A stretch of 64,000 nucleotides of DNA, from NCBI RefSeq assembly GCF_964355755.1, contig NC_092677.1:15398101-15462100 (forward strand), read 5' to 3'. Position numbers and translations under genes: made by a program. Each line of letters starts with the position of its first letter. The first letter of the stretch is position 1. Positions 60,107 through 64,000 of this stretch are shown piece after piece. The notes beneath the pieces were generated by a model that was given only the letters and a program-made list of their open reading frames with translations, did no database searches and was not told the DNA's origin. This stretch comes from Antedon mediterranea. Lineage: Eukaryota; Animalia; Echinodermata.

Positions 60107-61039
60107 ATGCAAGATGGGGCTTTCATCAAAATAACAGGTGACGTGATCTACCAACAAGCATTGGATCAGTGTCTGCAACTGAAAGGAACTCCTGCGTCCT
60201 ACGAGCAACTGGTGTCTGCCATCAAATACGGAATGAATATGACATGTGATCAGTGTTGGCTATTCAGTGGAGAATTAACCTTCAGCAATGAAGACACCGG
60301 GTGTGATCTTGTGGATGCATCGACTCGCTTCAACCTGTATCCAGAACTTGATGAACTATATAGTTGCTTCTACTGCTACATTTACTCAGACCAAGCAAAA
60401 GACAAGCATAGCTACTACCCTGCTAGCAAGCTTCTCCATCTTAGAAGAAATAAAGATACAGGGTATAATTATGATGAGGCGGAAACCCGATGTCAGGACG
60501 AGTTTGGAGGTCACATGGCGCTACCTATGGAGGTGTATAATGCTAGTTTAAGTGGTGTTGACAATTGCATAGGAGGACGATCGTGGTTTTCACACAATAT
60601 GTCTGGAAAGTGTTGCTATGAAGACTCTAATGTTACATGTTGGTCTAATATTCTAGTTGGTGGAAAATTTAAAGTAATGAATCTTCTAGATAAATTGTAT
60701 AGCGTGTTTTGTTCGCTAACAAACAACAATCTGAACGAGTATCCATATCCATCTCATAGGGTACTAGCAATTAGAGGAGAAAGTACGAACAGTCTCACAT
60801 ACGAAGAAGCTGTGGTAAAATGCGGTGATATTGGCGGTTCAATTGCAACGAAAGATCAAGTTAACCAGGCTTACATGATGGGTTATCAATCTCAAATATT
60901 TGGTTGGGTTGCAGAACAGGAAGCAGTAAAGTCATGTTCCGTGTCCACCAACAACTGTCCATCGATAGGCTTACTTGAAGACATGGAAATCAATCCTGAG
61001 TACGACGCATTTTGTTACATTCCTCCTGATAATTTTTAG
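60107..61039 (+). CDS. Terminal exon with three Link (Xlink/C-type-lectin fold)-like modules
   Basis: 310-aa ORF directly after ttttag. Three repeats of Y-x-x-A-x-x-x-C...G...A...Q/E...G...W...x-F/Y-C (e.g. LTYEEAVVKCGDIGGSIATKDQVNQAYMMG..GWV..YDAFCY). Confidence 0.8.
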   Translation: MQDGAFIKITGDVIYQQALDQCLQLKGTPASYEQLVSAIKYGMNMTCDQCWLFSGELTFSNEDTGCDLVDASTRFNLYPELDELYSCFYCYIYSDQAKDKHSYYPASKLLHLRRNKDTGYNYDEAETRCQDEFGGHMALPMEVYNASLSGVDNCIGGRSWFSHNMSGKCCYEDSNVTCWSNILVGGKFKVMNLLDKLYSVFCSLTNNNLNEYPYPSHRVLAIRGESTNSLTYEEAVVKCGDIGGSIATKDQVNQAYMMGYQSQIFGWVAEQEAVKSCSVSTNNCPSIGLLEDMEINPEYDAFCYIPPDNF

Positions 61040-62538
61040 CAATACAATTCCAACATTTTTTTGGGCAAAAACTGATATCATACTATAGTATTTACAAACT
61101 AAACAACCAGTTATAAAATGTTCAATTAGTAATTCACGTACGTGTATACTATACAGTCAAACATACAGGGAGACATTTCAGTCCTACAGAATGTGTAAAA
61201 CAACAAGCAAAATGAAGTTGCATATTTTAGGCCTATGCTTTAATTGCTCTTTGGTGTATTTGAAAACAAGAATATCCTATAGTAGAACCTCTACCATTGG
61301 AACTTTAAAAGTATAAATACAACATACTAAACACCACTTTATTTATTATTTTCTTTATTTTTTTATTGTATGTGCTGTATCAATATTAAGTTTAGGAAAT
61401 CTATTTTGCACGATGTTTATAGGATAATTAGCAAATAGATTGATTGGTGTTAAAATGAATACATTTTCCAACACAACACAGTACACTATAACGATAGTAG
61501 GACTATTACTGTACTTGCTAGACCAAACACAAATAATAATATATTGATTTTTTTTTAATATCAACAATTGTTGAATTCTTGAAAATGTGAATTATAAGTG
61601 TTAGTTATGTATTACAGTATTTCATTCATATTATTTAAAACATGTTTTGCTAAATTATTGATAGTAAATATTTGAACTTGACATAATGGTTACAAGCTAT
61701 GAAAATGTATGCTTTTTTAACGAAGTTGGAGTTGTAAACACTTTTTCATTAACTGTCATCGTAATTTGTTTTAAGATAGCTAGTGATTAAAATGTTTAAT
61801 TAGATGTGGTCATTAGTTAGTATTCGAATCACCTAAATAATCTTTTTATAAAAGTCATCGGTCAACTTTTACGAAAGTTATATTTATGAAAATAGATATA
61901 AAACCAATGCTGACACATTCAAGCAATACAAATGGAATAGCAAACAGTAAGACAAGTTATACAAATATATAACATTTATAAAGTTTAAAATCAGTAGTAA
62001 GGTAGGCCTACATAAAGAGATATAAATAAAACAAAGAACAATTATAAGCCTACTTCTAAATCTAAGGTCACTATCAGTATAAATCAAAACGACTGAGGTG
62101 AGTCTGAAGACTGTACTGATTGAATTATGGAAAAAAAAATGTGTGGTTTCGCTGGATATTCAATCACTACATTATTTAGAATAGTTCAATAGAACTCTGA
62201 TTCAGAAACTTCAATTTCGCAGGTTGTCCGCCACAAACTGATTTATCATATCAATGAGATTTTAAGACACTATTCAGCTAAGAACTTTCTAATGTTTACA
62301 GATAGGTTTACAAAACGTTAAAATCTATCAATAATACATTGAGTATTTAATATAACTTTTTGGATTTCCCAACAAAAACATTTTACCAATTTGAATTTCC
62401 AACTGATTTATATTTTTATAATTTTACTATAAAGAAATAACAAGCAATGTGTTAACTTCGTTTTAAATTAAATAAAACAGACAAACAAATAAAATGTCTT
62501 TTTATTTTAATTTCAGTTTTGTCATATTATCATATTAA

Positions 62539-63550
62539 AGGAAAGGAACACCCTGGGCTAAATGTGCCACTGTGCTTATAGATAAATGTAACAAAAACAT
62601 GATTACGATGGTTCAAGGTACAATAGTAAGCAATTTAGTTAAAAAATAGACTTTTAAACGACAACATATCGGAAATTGAACAGCGCCATTTTGACAGGTT
62701 AAGAGCAATTATGTGACGTCAGATTAGGTGGACGCATTCAAGCAAATCCAAGCGCCCATCGTCTTACTACAGTATTTCAATATGGAAGTGCGGGATATAA
62801 CCACAAATAAAATCAATTAAATAGCCTAACATACCTAATATTTTCGGAATATGGCTTGGAGTTTTTATAATTCAGAAAATTTGGAACCAGAATATACAGA
62901 AAGAGAGTTAGTTTTTCGTCGTGCTGATGAGGAAAAAAGAAGAGAAGAAGAACATTCTCGAGCATAACAAGCCGTCGAAGAATGGTGTACTTTCGGCCAG
63001 TGTATCTGTACTGTATGCCTTACTAGGCCTAGAACTCGTGTTGAACGAAAATAAAGTAGACACTGCATCGTCAACCAACAGCCTCCGTTTGGAAGGTTTG
63101 TCAGTTAATTCCCCTACCAAATCCCGTTTGAAACAGCTAGGCAATAAAAGTAACAATAGATTAACAATAGCTGAAAGATTTACGAATTGGCTTGCAGAAG
63201 AAAAGATCGATCGAAGGTTTGTTTACCAAGCCAGCGCATGCTCATACCGTGTCATCGCCGTCCTGCATGACCGCATGTCGCGTTATTAGCCAATCATATT
63301 AGCGGATTCGCTTAGCCAATAGAAGCGCTGAATGCAACCGCGAATCTTAAAATTTTCGTCGGCCGTATCTGACGTCACAAACAGGCTGCCATGAGCACAA
63401 GATGGCGATTTTCAAATGTCTTGAAAACAGCTTTAAAATCCTGTTTACTAAAAAACTACAAATCCGATTTAAACATAAATTTTGTTGAATATTAAGTTGG
63501 TAGGGTTACTTCTATAATAGTTAGGTAAGATATTAGGGTGTTCCTTTCCT
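62539..63550. mobile_element. Non-autonomous Kolobok-like DNA transposon
   Basis: Perfect 16-bp TIRs AGGAAAGGAACACCCT / AGGGTGTTCCTTTCCT and TTAA TSD (62535-62538, 63551-63554). THAP-like C-terminal remnant on the minus strand (SCFKRDL...LVDDAVSTLF). Confidence 0.8.
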
Positions 63551-63587
63551 TTAAGTAATTCATCTGGTGAAATTAGTGTAAACATTA

Positions 63588-64000
63588 TATAGTATATAGC
63601 TCATACGACTTACATAGTAGTATATCATACGACTTATTACAGTAGTATATCATACGACTTATTATAGTAGTATATCATACGACTTACATAGTAGTATATA
63701 GCTCATACGACTTACATAGTAGTATATCATACGACTTACATAGTAGTATATAGCTCATACGACTTACATAGTAGTATATCATACGACTTACATAGTAGTA
63801 TATAGCTCATACGACTTACATAGTAGTATATCATACGACTTATTATAGTAGTACTGTATATCATACGACTTATTATAGTAGTATATCATACGACTTATTA
63901 TAGTAGTATATCATACGACTTACATAGTAGTATATCATACGACTTATAGTATTATATCATACGACTTATTATAGTAGTATATCATACGACTTACATAGTA
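63588..64000. repeat. 24-29-bp minisatellite running off the window end
   Basis: Recurring TAGTAGTATA(TAGC)TCATACGACTTA(CA/TTA). Confidence 0.92.

Overview
AT-rich, intron-containing animal genomic DNA, not prokaryotic. It is probably a marine invertebrate and plausibly an echinoderm, but that is inferred from composition and TE/protein families only. The main feature is a large + strand gene (exons 6755-41900; its 5' start exon was not found) built almost entirely of symmetric phase-1 one-domain exons. In order, it encodes 4 intact atypical Kunitz domains interleaved with 10 six-Cys EGF domains, a rod of about 31 unusual 8-Cys EGF repeats bracketed by two complementary 7-Cys caps, 3 ordinary EGFs, a 4-Cys module, a 33-nt micro-exon carrying an RRRR furin site, a juxtamembrane EGF, a TM helix and a 14-aa tail (about 2,200 aa in the window). 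The Cys pattern points to repeat-to-repeat disulfide stapling. The array is turning over by exon+intron tandem duplication (487-bp A/B unit) and contains stop-containing, truncated and micro-exon derivatives. A second + strand gene (57668-61039) encodes a PAN-like module plus three Link-like modules. The rest is mostly TEs and repeats: Tx1/L1, RTE, CR1/L2 and Rex1/Babar LINE pieces, a canonical Helitron, DINE/HINE-type Helentron derivatives, a 3.35-kb foldback element, P-like and Kolobok-like non-autonomous elements, two Penelope-type minimal hammerhead ribozymes, an 8.3-kb 196-bp satellite and minisatellites. All coordinates were read by eye and no database searches were run.
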